IMG/VR virus record: IMGVR_UViG_3300043409_002481 | Coordinates: 11,700 to 75,699 of that record | Strand: one strand, 5' to 3' | Origin: a virus | DNA: 64,000 nucleotides | Shown: piece after piece, positions 39,959-49,648 of the stretch | Numbering within the stretch: position 1 is the first letter of the stretch | Layout of the letters: each line of letters begins with the position of its first letter | Translations under genes and position numbers: made by a program | Notes under the pieces: generated by a model | Seen by the model: the letters and a program-made list of their open reading frames with translations, nothing else | The model's database searches: none | Told to the model about the DNA's origin: nothing

Positions 39959-40528
39959 TTAAAAAAAGTTAGCTCTTGCCGCTAAAACTGAACCTAAAGC
40001 CAATGGCACGACAGCCGCAGGATAAGCCCCAATCGTCGTACCAATTAGATCCCATTTAGAATCTGTTGAGTTATACCGAAATCCGATATAGTCTTCAGCG
40101 CTCGATCCTGTGGTAGCAGTTGGCAAAGAGAGGGAGCTAGCAGCCTGATAGGCAGTGCCAAAAGAAATCGCCCTTGAAGTGCTACTTGTAATCCTGATTT
40201 GGAGTAATTGTCCATTAGTGGGACTGCCTGTCGGATTAGCGAAAGTAGTCGTTTGAGAGAGGCTAGTAAGTATGCCAAGATCCGTTGTATCGGCGTTTGG
40301 GGTAACAGTGGCTGCATCGGTGAGGGTGACAACTCTCAAAGAGCCGCCCGATCCCCCAACGTTTTCCCATGTTGAACCATTGCTAATTTGCAATACGCCG
40401 CCACTAATTCGCAACGCATCCGCACCAGCACTAGCGGCAGAGATACTTGATTCTGTACCAATGCCGCGCAAAACATTTGATTGATTGTCTAGACCGAATC
40501 TAGCTCTTAGAGGCGTTTGAGTTCCCAT
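39959..40528 (-). CDS. Tail fibre/virion protein
   Basis: FANPTGSPTNGQLLQIRI...DYIGFRYNSTDSKWDL motif. Confidence 0.65.
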   Translation of the reverse strand: MGTQTPLRARFGLDNQSNVLRGIGTESSISAASAGADALRISGGVLQISNGSTWENVGGSGGSLRVVTLTDAATVTPNADTTDLGILTSLSQTTTFANPTGSPTNGQLLQIRITSSTSRAISFGTAYQAASSLSLPTATTGSSAEDYIGFRYNSTDSKWDLIGTTIGAYPAAVVPLALGSVLAARANFF

Positions 40529-40559
40529 AAAGTTCCCTTCCCTTTATAGATTGAATTGA

Positions 40560-42008
40560 TTAAGCAGCGATCGCACGATAAGTCACGCGATACACAGTCA
40601 CCGCGTTTGTTGGAGTCACAAGCAGGCGAAGGTTACCGCCATTAATATCGGTGTTAATCGTGGTTAGCGAAGCACCTGTAAAAATGTCGCCATACTGAGT
40701 ATGAGAAGGAGTTGTCCCATCATGAATCATAGGCACAGTAAGCGTGTGATAGCTCGATCCACTAACAATACTAATATCGGCAATAAGAGATCTGTAAAGA
40801 GTTGCAGAAACAGAGAGCAGAACTTGGTCGGCGGTTGTTGCTGCCGTGGTCAGTGTTGCAGATCCTAGTAAAGCTTGAGCTAGTCCAAGGCTGACGGCTG
40901 TAGGAGTATTGAGTACAGGCGATCCTGTGAAGGTTGGAGTACCGCCACTAAAAATTACAGAGCCAGCCGTCCCACTTTCATCGGTCAAAGCCGCCGCTAA
41001 GTTGGCGCTTGAAGGAGTGGCTAGGAAGGTTGCGATGTTAGCGCCTAAGCCAGATACACCTGTACTGATAGGCAGTCCAGTAGCATTTGTGAGAGTTGCG
41101 CTTGATGGCGTTCCTAACGCACCGTTAAAGGTTGTAAATGCACCAGCCGAGCCGATGGCAACAGCCAAGGCAGTAGCAACACCCGTCCCAAGCCCAGATA
41201 TACCCGTCGATACGGGTAAGCCTGTTGCATTGGTCAAAGTTCCGCCTGATGGAGTGCCAAGAGCGCCACCATTGACAACTACTGATCCAGCCGTGCCAAT
41301 ATTGACCGCTAATGCTGTTGCGACACTAGTTCCAAGCCCACTGACCCCTGTGGCTATGGGCAGCCCTGTAGCATTAGTAAGTGTTCCGCTAGATGGAGTA
41401 CCAAGCGCTCCATTAAAAGTGACAAAAGCACCTGCCGAACCAACGTTTACACCAAGGGCTGTAGCTACGCCTGTACCCATCGTAAGTGCAGAAGCTACCC
41501 CAGATGTCAGGTTTAAAAGCCCTGTCCCCGTTGATCTTTTAAGTAGTTTCCCTGACGTATCAGCAAATAATGCAACTTCATCAACTACTGATGTAGCCGT
41601 ATTTGTCGATGCATCACCACCAGCGCCACCAACAAGAGCAGCACCCGATCGCCTTGAGTAGAATAGGCAGCGCCAATTACCCGATCCTTCGGATACAAAC
41701 AAGGCTGTATCACCTGCGGCAGTTGTGATGCTCGCGCTAGTTGGCAGGATTAGCGAAGTTGCGTTATAGGTGAGAGTTAATACACCTGTAAAGGTGACGT
41801 TTCTCCATACGCCAGCCGCGCTAGTGCCAAGCCCTGTAATGCTTGTAGTACCTGTAATCTGTACATAGTTACCAAGCGCCGCCCCTATGTCAGTCGTGGT
41901 AGCTGATGCAATATCAGCACCCTTTGCCATATTTACAGCACGGTCAAAAGTACTGGTTAGATCGGCTCTAATCCCTAACGGAAATCTTGTTGCTACTGGT
42001 GTTCCCAT
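40560..42008 (-). CDS. Tail fibre protein with three ~48-aa internal repeats
   Basis: ALGTPSSGTLTNATGLP..TG.SGLG repeats at a 144-bp period. Confidence 0.75.
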   Translation of the reverse strand: MGTPVATRFPLGIRADLTSTFDRAVNMAKGADIASATTTDIGAALGNYVQITGTTSITGLGTSAAGVWRNVTFTGVLTLTYNATSLILPTSASITTAAGDTALFVSEGSGNWRCLFYSRRSGAALVGGAGGDASTNTATSVVDEVALFADTSGKLLKRSTGTGLLNLTSGVASALTMGTGVATALGVNVGSAGAFVTFNGALGTPSSGTLTNATGLPIATGVSGLGTSVATALAVNIGTAGSVVVNGGALGTPSGGTLTNATGLPVSTGISGLGTGVATALAVAIGSAGAFTTFNGALGTPSSATLTNATGLPISTGVSGLGANIATFLATPSSANLAAALTDESGTAGSVIFSGGTPTFTGSPVLNTPTAVSLGLAQALLGSATLTTAATTADQVLLSVSATLYRSLIADISIVSGSSYHTLTVPMIHDGTTPSHTQYGDIFTGASLTTINTDINGGNLRLLVTPTNAVTVYRVTYRAIAA

Positions 42009-42010
42009 TT

Positions 42011-42640
42011 CTATACCTCCATAGTGGTTCTAAACACTTTTATTTTTGTATTCGCAGAAACTGGCGTAACCAATAACCGCACATTCGCCCCGTTTAATTC
42101 AAATCTAAAAGTAGCTAGATCGCCACTACTTTTGATGTTTGCGTACTGAGTATATGGAGGCGGATCGAGTCCATTATTTGAAACCAAGATTTCTGAAGCA
42201 TGGGTATCGGAGCCTGAAGAAATTTGGATTAAATATTTAGCAGTGCGATACAAAGTTCCATCAAAGCTATCAACTACTTGATCGGCTGTAGTGCTAGAAG
42301 TAGTTAATTGCGCCCCTGTAATCCTTCCTATATTTGGGATTGAGAGGGTAGCAAAATCAATATTAGTAATCGCAAACGAGCCGCTAGAATTACGCTGTAC
42401 TAAGGTGTTTGCTGTATTTAAAGCCGAATAAGCAGCCGTGGCTATTTTGGCTAGAGTTACCGATACAGCATTGATCGCCCAATTAGAACCGCCACTAGAT
42501 ACCGTAATATCGCCTTTGTTACCATCGGTTACACCACCACCATTAATCTGAACAGGCGCAGTCTGGATTATTAGAGTCGCCTGATTAGGACGCTCAATAA
42601 TCTGTAACAGTGGCTCTGTGACTTTCAGTATTTGCGTCAT
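42011..42640 (-). CDS. Fibre/virion protein sharing its C-terminal domain with 40560-42008
   Basis: TTADQV...TLYR...TQY...NG.N.RLLVTP occurs in both. Confidence 0.7.
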   Translation of the reverse strand: MTQILKVTEPLLQIIERPNQATLIIQTAPVQINGGGVTDGNKGDITVSSGGSNWAINAVSVTLAKIATAAYSALNTANTLVQRNSSGSFAITNIDFATLSIPNIGRITGAQLTTSSTTADQVVDSFDGTLYRTAKYLIQISSGSDTHASEILVSNNGLDPPPYTQYANIKSSGDLATFRFELNGANVRLLVTPVSANTKIKVFRTTMEV

Positions 42641-43002
42641 GGCGACACCACAGGATCAATGACCAAAATCTCTAGCTGAGTTTTAAATGTTGGCACAGGA
42701 TCAGAGATTAAAGATAGAAAGCAATGTCCCACCCATGTACCCGCACTCATAGCTTCGGTTTGAGTGTCGCTAAATTCAAATGTTGCAAGACCATCGTCAT
42801 ACCTCGTAATAGTTGGAATCACGATGTTGGTAGAAATCAAAGCAGAGGCGATCGCAAAGTAAATATCGTATAAATCTAAATCCAAATAAACAGGAGCCGC
42901 TAGCGTACCTGTCGCAAAAGTAAATTGATCGCGCCAAGGAAAGCCCTTAAGGATAGGGTTATTCTTAAATTTATTTACGGGTAACGGTTCAGCGCAACTC
43001 AT
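42637..43002 (-). CDS. Virion protein (possible BppU-like N-domain)
   Basis: Late operon position; FEFSDTQTEAM motif. Confidence 0.45.
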   Translation of the reverse strand: MSCAEPLPVNKFKNNPILKGFPWRDQFTFATGTLAAPVYLDLDLYDIYFAIASALISTNIVIPTITRYDDGLATFEFSDTQTEAMSAGTWVGHCFLSLISDPVPTFKTQLEILVIDPVVSP

Positions 43003-43049
43003 TTATTTATTAAAATAGGCGACCTTGCGATCGCCTATTCCATTTAGAT

Positions 43050-43256
43050 TTATTCGGGATCTACAGGGACTGCTAACGTAGTAGCCTTAGCCTTTTTCTT
43101 AGGTGCGATCGCTTCTGGTTCGCCCTCAACAATCGGACTTAAATCAGGCGGTGACGTTAGCCATCCGTCTGCAATCCAGCCTTCAACATCATGGTGATGG
43201 ATTCGTCTTAATTCCCCTGTTTTAGGGTGATAAAGATTCATTTTCATGATTAGCAA
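43050..43256 (-). CDS. Small head-associated protein
   Basis: Follows the capsid and decoration genes. Confidence 0.5.
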   Translation of the reverse strand: MLIMKMNLYHPKTGELRRIHHHDVEGWIADGWLTSPPDLSPIVEGEPEAIAPKKKAKATTLAVPVDPE

Positions 43257-43696
43257 CCAGATGGAACGAGGTATGCACCAAAAGTGAGGTTTCCTGCTGT
43301 GCTGAGTTTGGTAGCTACAATTCGTAAAAACCTTGCATTAGCAAAAGTTTTATTAATTTGTTCGCCGCTCAAGAATACCTCTTGACCATTGAGAGCCGCG
43401 CCAGCCGCTACAGTAGGAGCGATAGAGGCGACTTGACGATAAGTACCGCCAACAGTGTCGCAAACTTCAAGAGATAAAGTCCAGCTAACCGATCCAGCCG
43501 AATAGCTAGAGTAAGCAGCCTGATTGATGATCACTTTTACCGATTCTTCAGCAGTAAAAGGATATTCAATGGGAGTACCTGTGAAAGTTGAACTAGCAGC
43601 AGCAGCCGTGTAATCGCGCAAAGTAGTAAGAGCGTCAATCTGCGACGTATTCGCAGGACGTGGCAATGTAGATTTGAAAGCGCCTGAGTAGACCAT
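43250..43696 (-). CDS. Putative capsid decoration/cement protein
   Basis: Beta-sandwich ORF right after MCP; RFLRIVAT...FGAYL. Confidence 0.55.
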   Translation of the reverse strand: MVYSGAFKSTLPRPANTSQIDALTTLRDYTAAAASSTFTGTPIEYPFTAEESVKVIINQAAYSSYSAGSVSWTLSLEVCDTVGGTYRQVASIAPTVAAGAALNGQEVFLSGEQINKTFANARFLRIVATKLSTAGNLTFGAYLVPSGC

Positions 43697-43765
43697 AATT
43701 TTCTCTTTAATTGGGTTGAAAGCATTGCAAAATATCAATTACGGGAAATCCCATAATTGATATTT

Positions 43766-44719
43766 TTAAGCGACAAAAGCAGCGTCCTTTACACCAGCAA
43801 GGCGAACAAAGGAGCGAGGGTTGTAGGTTGCGAAATTATTGAGCCAATCCATGCGAATCAAGCGCTTGGTTTCGGTTTGCATCTCACCCATGTCGCGCAC
43901 ATCGATACCGCCTGTTTGGATACCTGTAAGATCTTCAGGGCTAAACGCAACGACGTAGATCGAAGAGGTTACAGCCGATCCGCCACCGCTTCCAGTTTCT
44001 GCAAAGCCAAGGATTTGATCGCCTTCAGCGTCTTCTTCAATTGCGTACCAAGGAATACCCTTAAATGTAGGAGCTTCTACGCCTACGTCATTTTTGGTCT
44101 GCACAACATAACCAGAAATCGAAGGGTTAGAGATTGCATCTTGGTAGCGCAAAGCCAACTCTAGATTAGAGTAGATACGAAGTTGAGCGCGAGGATTAAC
44201 AGGACGTACCTTAGCGATCGCACGACGTAAAGAGCTGAGAGATAAAGCGTCACCGCCTGAAGTACTGCCAGCTTGGATTAGTTGAGTACCGCCTGCACGG
44301 GTTTTAAGCCCTGAAAATTCTTTGGGGTTAGCAGCATGATCGCCATTAAAGAAATCACCATGCCATTTCAATTGCAACGACTTGAGAGCCATCGAAATTT
44401 GAGTGGTCAAGACGTTTTCGCCATACAGCTTTAAGCCAGCCGTATCGATCTTGATTTCGCCACCAGCGATAACCACTTTCTCGATCCGTCTTTCAACTTC
44501 ACCGATATCTGCTGTAAAACCTTCATTGATGGAGCGGTTAGCCATTACAGGAAGTCGCTTTTCTTGTAACCACTCAACGACACCGCCCGCACGTTCTTCA
44601 AACGTAATTACGTCAAGGATCGGAGAATTACCCGCATACTGCTCGACAATACCAGCCTTTAAGATGTCACCCATCTCACGGGCTTGTTTCGCCATTTCTA
44701 ATAGTGTTAAAGCTGCCAT
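43766..44719 (-). CDS. Major capsid protein
   Basis: MAALTLLEMAK...RSINEGFT...FFNGD...PKEFSGLKTR...FKGIP...RLAGV pattern; AGGA RBS. Confidence 0.88.
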   Translation of the reverse strand: MAALTLLEMAKQAREMGDILKAGIVEQYAGNSPILDVITFEERAGGVVEWLQEKRLPVMANRSINEGFTADIGEVERRIEKVVIAGGEIKIDTAGLKLYGENVLTTQISMALKSLQLKWHGDFFNGDHAANPKEFSGLKTRAGGTQLIQAGSTSGGDALSLSSLRRAIAKVRPVNPRAQLRIYSNLELALRYQDAISNPSISGYVVQTKNDVGVEAPTFKGIPWYAIEEDAEGDQILGFAETGSGGGSAVTSSIYVVAFSPEDLTGIQTGGIDVRDMGEMQTETKRLIRMDWLNNFATYNPRSFVRLAGVKDAAFVA

Positions 44720-44735
44720 ATTTATGATTCCTAAC

Positions 44736-44832
44736 TTTGAGTGCTTTGCTGTGTAGCGGGGGCATCACGCTCAAAGGTAGAAATCACTTCTAATCTTTTC
44801 CGCAATCTTTTATTAATTAGGGCATCACGCCC
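44736..44832 (-). promoter_or_regulatory. Structured 5' leader of the capsid gene, three GUGAU-loop hairpins
   Basis: GGGC-GTGAT-GCCC, TAGAA-GTGAT-TTCTA and GAGC-GTGAT-GCCC on the mRNA strand. Confidence 0.6.
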
Positions 44833-44887
44833 CATTAACTTGGATTAACCTGATAATATCATATTAATAATTAATGTTGCAAAAGCC

Positions 44888-45250
44888 GTGAAAGTTTTTA
44901 TCGGATGGACAAAAAGCAAAGAAGCGATCGCTACTCATAAATACCCTGAGTCTGGTTTACATCCCAAAGAATTTATTGAATGGGCTTTAACTACGCAGTT
45001 TAGCGAAACAGATCTCATCCTCACCAATTGCCCATCGCTTTTGTTTGCTTTAGCTATAAGGTTTACAGATTCGCTAGAAGCATTTTATGTTTTTGATGAT
45101 GGCAACGTACTGCAATTATTGATAGACGATGAAGGCTACTTCATCGAGAATCGCCCCGAAAACTGGGGGGATGAGATACATCAATTAGCATCAGGATCTT
45201 ATGGTGATTTCAAGGAATTTTTTAAATCTGGTACTAGGGAGTTGATCTAA
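44888..45250 (+). CDS. Hypothetical protein
   Basis: Abuts the portal gene; YPESGLHPK resembles the tail of AAA/ABC ATPase domains. Confidence 0.5.
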   Translation: MKVFIGWTKSKEAIATHKYPESGLHPKEFIEWALTTQFSETDLILTNCPSLLFALAIRFTDSLEAFYVFDDGNVLQLLIDDEGYFIENRPENWGDEIHQLASGSYGDFKEFFKSGTRELI

Positions 45251-46873
45251 ATGGCAACAACAGAAACTTTAATCACGCTACAGCCAAATCAATTGCCAGA
45301 GGCGATCGCTAAAGGCTATCGTGGCGGTAATATCCTTGGCGATGACAACAACCCAACATTAAAGAGCATTGCTTATCAAAGACAGCAAGCTAATGTAAGG
45401 CGTTGTATCGATTTCTACGAAGGTCAAAGCGCTTGGATCTATGGCGAAAACCTCGATCAGATTATTGATAATTTGGCAGAAGAGTATCTACCCCTTATGC
45501 CAAGCGAAACACCGAAAGAGTGGTATTTCAGATTAAGGCGATCGCTATTCGTTAACTTCTTTAAACCAGCCGTCAAGATTGTATCTAGCTTGCTAAGTAA
45601 ATGGGTGCTTAGTGGCAATGTACCTGAATCGGTTGTCAATGCATCTAAGAACTTTGACAAGCGCGGCACATCAATTAGAGCATTCTTTCTTGAAGCCGAT
45701 CGCATGGCTGTACGTGATGGCTTTGTGGGAGTGCTTACCCTCTATCCTAATTTTGGCGAAATTCCTAATCGAGCCGTAGAACAACAATTGGATTTACGCC
45801 CCTACTCAGTACTAATTCCCCGCCTTGATATTGATATCAAGGATTACGAATACACTAATGACGGATCAGTATTGCTTAAGCATGTGACCATTGATCGTAG
45901 TGAGGTGATTAGCGAAACCCGTTACAAGCAATCGATGAAAAATTATTGCTGGGAATACGAGCTAATCAAGGTACAGGAAGAAGATCGTATTTATTATGCG
46001 GTCATGCGATCGGTAACTTGCATCGAAACTAACGACAAAGGCGAAAAGGAATATATAGAGGTGGAAGCACCCAAACCATTGCTAGACACCAATGGTAAGC
46101 CATTGAGTCAAATCCCCTTTGTTCTTTACTCAGTAACCAGCGCTAACCCTTGGGATACGATACCGCCGTTGCTTGATTTGCAGCAAAAAAATCATACTTA
46201 TTACCAAGTATCTAGTGATTGGCTTGCAACGGTTCGCAAGATGCAACCCACGGCTGTACGTGAGCATATTGATTTTATTCCTAAAACCTTGTCACCTCTA
46301 TCCACAGGCGGCGCGTCTGTTATCGAGACGGTGATAACTCAGATTGGAGCTGCTAAGGTTTACTATTTGCAAGCTGATGCCAATAGTGTCGCGCCTATGA
46401 TTCAAGCGCTAGACCGATTAGAGGCATTGATTAAGCAGACTGTTTTCAACTTTTTAGGCGAGTCATTTGTCCAACAATCTGCTACTGAGGTAAGCATCAA
46501 AGCAGGGCAAAATGAAGCTGGTTTACAAGAGTATGAGGTCAATAAAGAGTCATTCTCTCAGCAAATTTTCTGTCATTGGGCTATGTGGGAAGGTGAAGAC
46601 GTAACCGAGGATCGCGGTACAATTGACGTAGATTTGAGCTTTATTCTTGCCCCTGCGGATGTGAATCTGATTCGCACTATATTTGAGGTGATCAATAAAG
46701 GACTAACAGAAGAAGCAGCTACCGAGATTTTACACAGGATTAACTTCCTACCAAAAGATCAGAAGATTGTGGCGATCGCTTCACCTGTTGAGATGGTTGC
46801 TAATACTAATCAAAGCCAATCGATAGAGACTGAAGAAGATGATAATGATGACGAATCGGAGTCGGAATCATGA
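45251..46873 (+). CDS. Portal protein (DUF4055-like)
   Basis: EYLPLMPSE...YFRLRRSLFVNFF, QIPFV, PPLLDL..KN...YQVSSD, QSATE. Confidence 0.85.
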   Translation: MATTETLITLQPNQLPEAIAKGYRGGNILGDDNNPTLKSIAYQRQQANVRRCIDFYEGQSAWIYGENLDQIIDNLAEEYLPLMPSETPKEWYFRLRRSLFVNFFKPAVKIVSSLLSKWVLSGNVPESVVNASKNFDKRGTSIRAFFLEADRMAVRDGFVGVLTLYPNFGEIPNRAVEQQLDLRPYSVLIPRLDIDIKDYEYTNDGSVLLKHVTIDRSEVISETRYKQSMKNYCWEYELIKVQEEDRIYYAVMRSVTCIETNDKGEKEYIEVEAPKPLLDTNGKPLSQIPFVLYSVTSANPWDTIPPLLDLQQKNHTYYQVSSDWLATVRKMQPTAVREHIDFIPKTLSPLSTGGASVIETVITQIGAAKVYYLQADANSVAPMIQALDRLEALIKQTVFNFLGESFVQQSATEVSIKAGQNEAGLQEYEVNKESFSQQIFCHWAMWEGEDVTEDRGTIDVDLSFILAPADVNLIRTIFEVINKGLTEEAATEILHRINFLPKDQKIVAIASPVEMVANTNQSQSIETEEDDNDDESESES

Positions 46874-47021
46874 GTATCAACGAATCAATAAATCATCAGC
46901 TAATTATTAAAAATGGTTGCGAGTATTTCAAAAACTCACAGCCAGTTACTGATCGCAATCATTTTACTGGTTACATGGTTCGATATTCCCCATCTACTTA
47001 TTTGCCATCAAGGAAACCGTT

Positions 47022-47393
47022 ATGACACAAACATGGACAGACAACGATCGCGATCGCATCGTGAAATATCTCAATCTCACACGCGATTACTACGCATTGA
47101 TTGAAAGTACACTTACAACCTATGAAACCACATATGGGGTAAGTGCTATAACTGAGGTACAATCAAAGCTTGATGAACTTGACGCATACAAAACTACTAT
47201 TGATGGTCAGATGACCGATGGGAGTATTGGAGTAACATCAGTAGCTGTGACAGGATTTCACAGCTACTCACAAACAGGAGGCTCTAACATTAGAGCTACA
47301 ATGACTTTGTATAAAGGCGATCAGCAATGGCTTATCGACAATTTGCAACTACAGAATTATGCGAGTCTATCAGGTAAACATACTAGAGCTTAA
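47022..47393 (+). CDS. Putative head completion/adaptor protein
   Basis: Lies between the portal and scaffold genes. Confidence 0.5.
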   Translation: MTQTWTDNDRDRIVKYLNLTRDYYALIESTLTTYETTYGVSAITEVQSKLDELDAYKTTIDGQMTDGSIGVTSVAVTGFHSYSQTGGSNIRATMTLYKGDQQWLIDNLQLQNYASLSGKHTRA

Positions 47394-47395
47394 AT

Positions 47396-48142
47396 ATGCG
47401 ATTTAAATATAGAAATTATTTCTGCCAGAACGAAGCAACAGACGGAGATGTGATTGATGTAGATGCATCTAGCGGCGCAACAGATGAGGTGAAACCAGAA
47501 CCAGAAGAAAATGAAACAGTAAAAATCACGCTCAAAAAACTGAGATTGCAAGCCGAAGCAGCAGAGAAAAGAGCGAAACAAGCTGAGGCTCAACTCAAGG
47601 AAAGGGAGCGCTTAGATGAAGAAGAACGCGCAAAACGGACAGGCGATTTCGAGACCTTAAAAGAGCGTTTACTGACCGAAACAGCAGCTAAGGAAACAGC
47701 AGCTAAGAAGCGTGAAGAAGAAGCTTTAGCAAGGCTAGAAGAGAAAGACGCAAAGGTTAAGCAGCAATTTATCAAAAAGGAAATCAAAGCCGCCTTTGCT
47801 CAGGTCTTTAAATCTGAATTTCTTGACGATCTAACCAACAATCCAGCTTACGCTAAGCAGTTGGAAGCGATCGAGAATGAAGATGGTGAGTACGAGGTAA
47901 TTGTGGTTGAGTCCGTCAAAGATCGCACTCAGCGATTCAAGGTAGTGGACAAAAAGACTGTCCCCTTCACGATTGAAGATTGGGCTAACGAGATTGCAGC
48001 TAAAAAGCCGTCGGCAGCAAAGCCACTTAATCGCGCTAGTGGTGACAATATCCCTAATGGCAGTGGCAAACGTCAAACGAGTGATTTTAATCGCACCGCA
48101 GATCCGATGGACTTGGTGAAGAAGGGTTTAGGACTCAGCTAA
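47396..48142 (+). CDS. Capsid scaffolding protein
   Basis: Acidic N-terminus, long charged coiled coil, typical C-terminal ASG...G tail. Confidence 0.75.
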   Translation: MRFKYRNYFCQNEATDGDVIDVDASSGATDEVKPEPEENETVKITLKKLRLQAEAAEKRAKQAEAQLKERERLDEEERAKRTGDFETLKERLLTETAAKETAAKKREEEALARLEEKDAKVKQQFIKKEIKAAFAQVFKSEFLDDLTNNPAYAKQLEAIENEDGEYEVIVVESVKDRTQRFKVVDKKTVPFTIEDWANEIAAKKPSAAKPLNRASGDNIPNGSGKRQTSDFNRTADPMDLVKKGLGLS

Positions 48143-48156
48143 TTAGCTAACAAAAT

Positions 48157-48194
48157 CAACAAAAAAGCGCTGTAGTTATGGCGCTTTTTTGTTG
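48157..48194. terminator. Bidirectional terminator between convergent scaffold and terL
   Basis: caacaaaaaagcgc...gcgcttttttgttg. Confidence 0.8.
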
Positions 48195-48196
48195 CG

Positions 48197-49648
48197 TTAC
48201 ATAGCTCTACTACTGCCAAAGCTTGATTGACGATTAACAGGAGGCATAGATGCGATCGCATATCGCAAACAGTCGATACCATGTGTCACTTGGTTATCCG
48301 CCTCCTCCTCAGTGATGTTGCCATATTTATCCTTTTTGCGGTGATACGATTGGCACTCTTCAAAAAACTGAGGCAATGTGTCCACAATCTTGATTCGTTC
48401 GTGGTAAAAATCACTGCTCATTAAGTCAATGCCCTTGATAAAATCATTTACCGCGCCCCTGACTTCTGAGCAGTAATTCTTAAATGGCTCTTTAAATATT
48501 TGACCCTCTTTCGGTTTCCATACTCGCAATGATTTGATTGCATCTGGTCTAGATGGGTCACCAAAGGCTCTGTTAACTTGCCACTTCATTGCTAATTTAT
48601 GGCACTCGTACAAAAAGTCATCTTCTAATATAGCCTGACCTTGCATTGTCCTAGGTACACGCCACTCATCAACTACAAACCAATGATAAAAGCCATCTTT
48701 GATAAAGGCGCAAACCACTAAAGCCCTTGGATTTACCGCGCCCCAATCCACTGACAATATGCGATATGCAAACTCATTAGGTAAGTCGCGATCGCTGATG
48801 ATATGCCTAGCGCTTAGCGTCTCAAAGAATTGCCCCTCAAACATCTCAAAAGATGCTTCCATTTCTTGACGGAATAGCCTTGGTGACAAGCTTTGTCTAA
48901 GCAACTCAATGTCTTCTGGCTTGAGGTGTGGATTGTCTACGCTTTTAAATTTAAAAGCTTGCCATACCATCGGATCGGCTATGAGTGCATTTTCGTAAGC
49001 ATCATAGGTATGATTACTTTTACCTTTAGGTGTATAAGTGAATAGCGCTGTACTGCCTTGCGTATCAGATAATGCTGGCTGAATAATTTCAGGGAAAATA
49101 CTAGCTTTCCAGTCTTGCCACTCATCACCGCCAAAATGCCATAGGCGCAAACCACGAGCGCGATCGCCATCACCATCATTCAAACCCATAATCATGAGAT
49201 CGGGCATATAGAACTTATACGGATCGGGGTTCTTAAAGGTAATCGTAAACTCTGATTTACTAACATTCTCGACAGCTTTGTGATTGCGTAGGATGTTTTG
49301 CAACTGCTTCCATAGCAGTCGCCTAGCCATAACCAAGGTAGGAGCAGCTAACACTACTACAGGCGGCGACACTGGATTGTATGGCGCACCAATCGCAACG
49401 CGCTCTAGGGCTTTGTATATCTGCAATACAGTTTTACCAAAACGCCGCCCTGACACTGCGATCGTGTATTTGGCGTGGCTATTGGCTATCGTTTGCTGTA
49501 ATGGATGTAACTGTATCTTCTGCTGTTGCGAGTATGTCTGAGAACGGGTTTGTTTCTGAGCTATCTGAGTCTCTACCTTTTCCCAAGCTCTTTCCATCCG
49601 AGCCTGTGTCGCTGGTAAGAGTTCTAGGATCGGTGAGAAGGTAGCCAA
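48197..49648 (-). CDS. terL: Terminase large subunit (start may be ATG 49597)
   Basis: SGRRFGKT Walker A, RGL...GGDEW Walker B, YTPKG, FRQEMEASF, SVDWG, HGIDCLRY. Confidence 0.92.
   Translation of the reverse strand: MATFSPILELLPATQARMERAWEKVETQIAQKQTRSQTYSQQQKIQLHPLQQTIANSHAKYTIAVSGRRFGKTVLQIYKALERVAIGAPYNPVSPPVVVLAAPTLVMARRLLWKQLQNILRNHKAVENVSKSEFTITFKNPDPYKFYMPDLMIMGLNDGDGDRARGLRLWHFGGDEWQDWKASIFPEIIQPALSDTQGSTALFTYTPKGKSNHTYDAYENALIADPMVWQAFKFKSVDNPHLKPEDIELLRQSLSPRLFRQEMEASFEMFEGQFFETLSARHIISDRDLPNEFAYRILSVDWGAVNPRALVVCAFIKDGFYHWFVVDEWRVPRTMQGQAILEDDFLYECHKLAMKWQVNRAFGDPSRPDAIKSLRVWKPKEGQIFKEPFKNYCSEVRGAVNDFIKGIDLMSSDFYHERIKIVDTLPQFFEECQSYHRKKDKYGNITEEEADNQVTHGIDCLRYAIASMPPVNRQSSFGSSRAM

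Noticed and set aside
40909-41661. 250-aa plus-strand ORF and 144-bp periodic repeats, considered as a DGR or CRISPR-like array
   Set aside because: The repeats are degenerate coding repeats of the fibre protein. There is no reverse transcriptase, adenine-specific variation or spacer structure, and the ORF is an antisense shadow.
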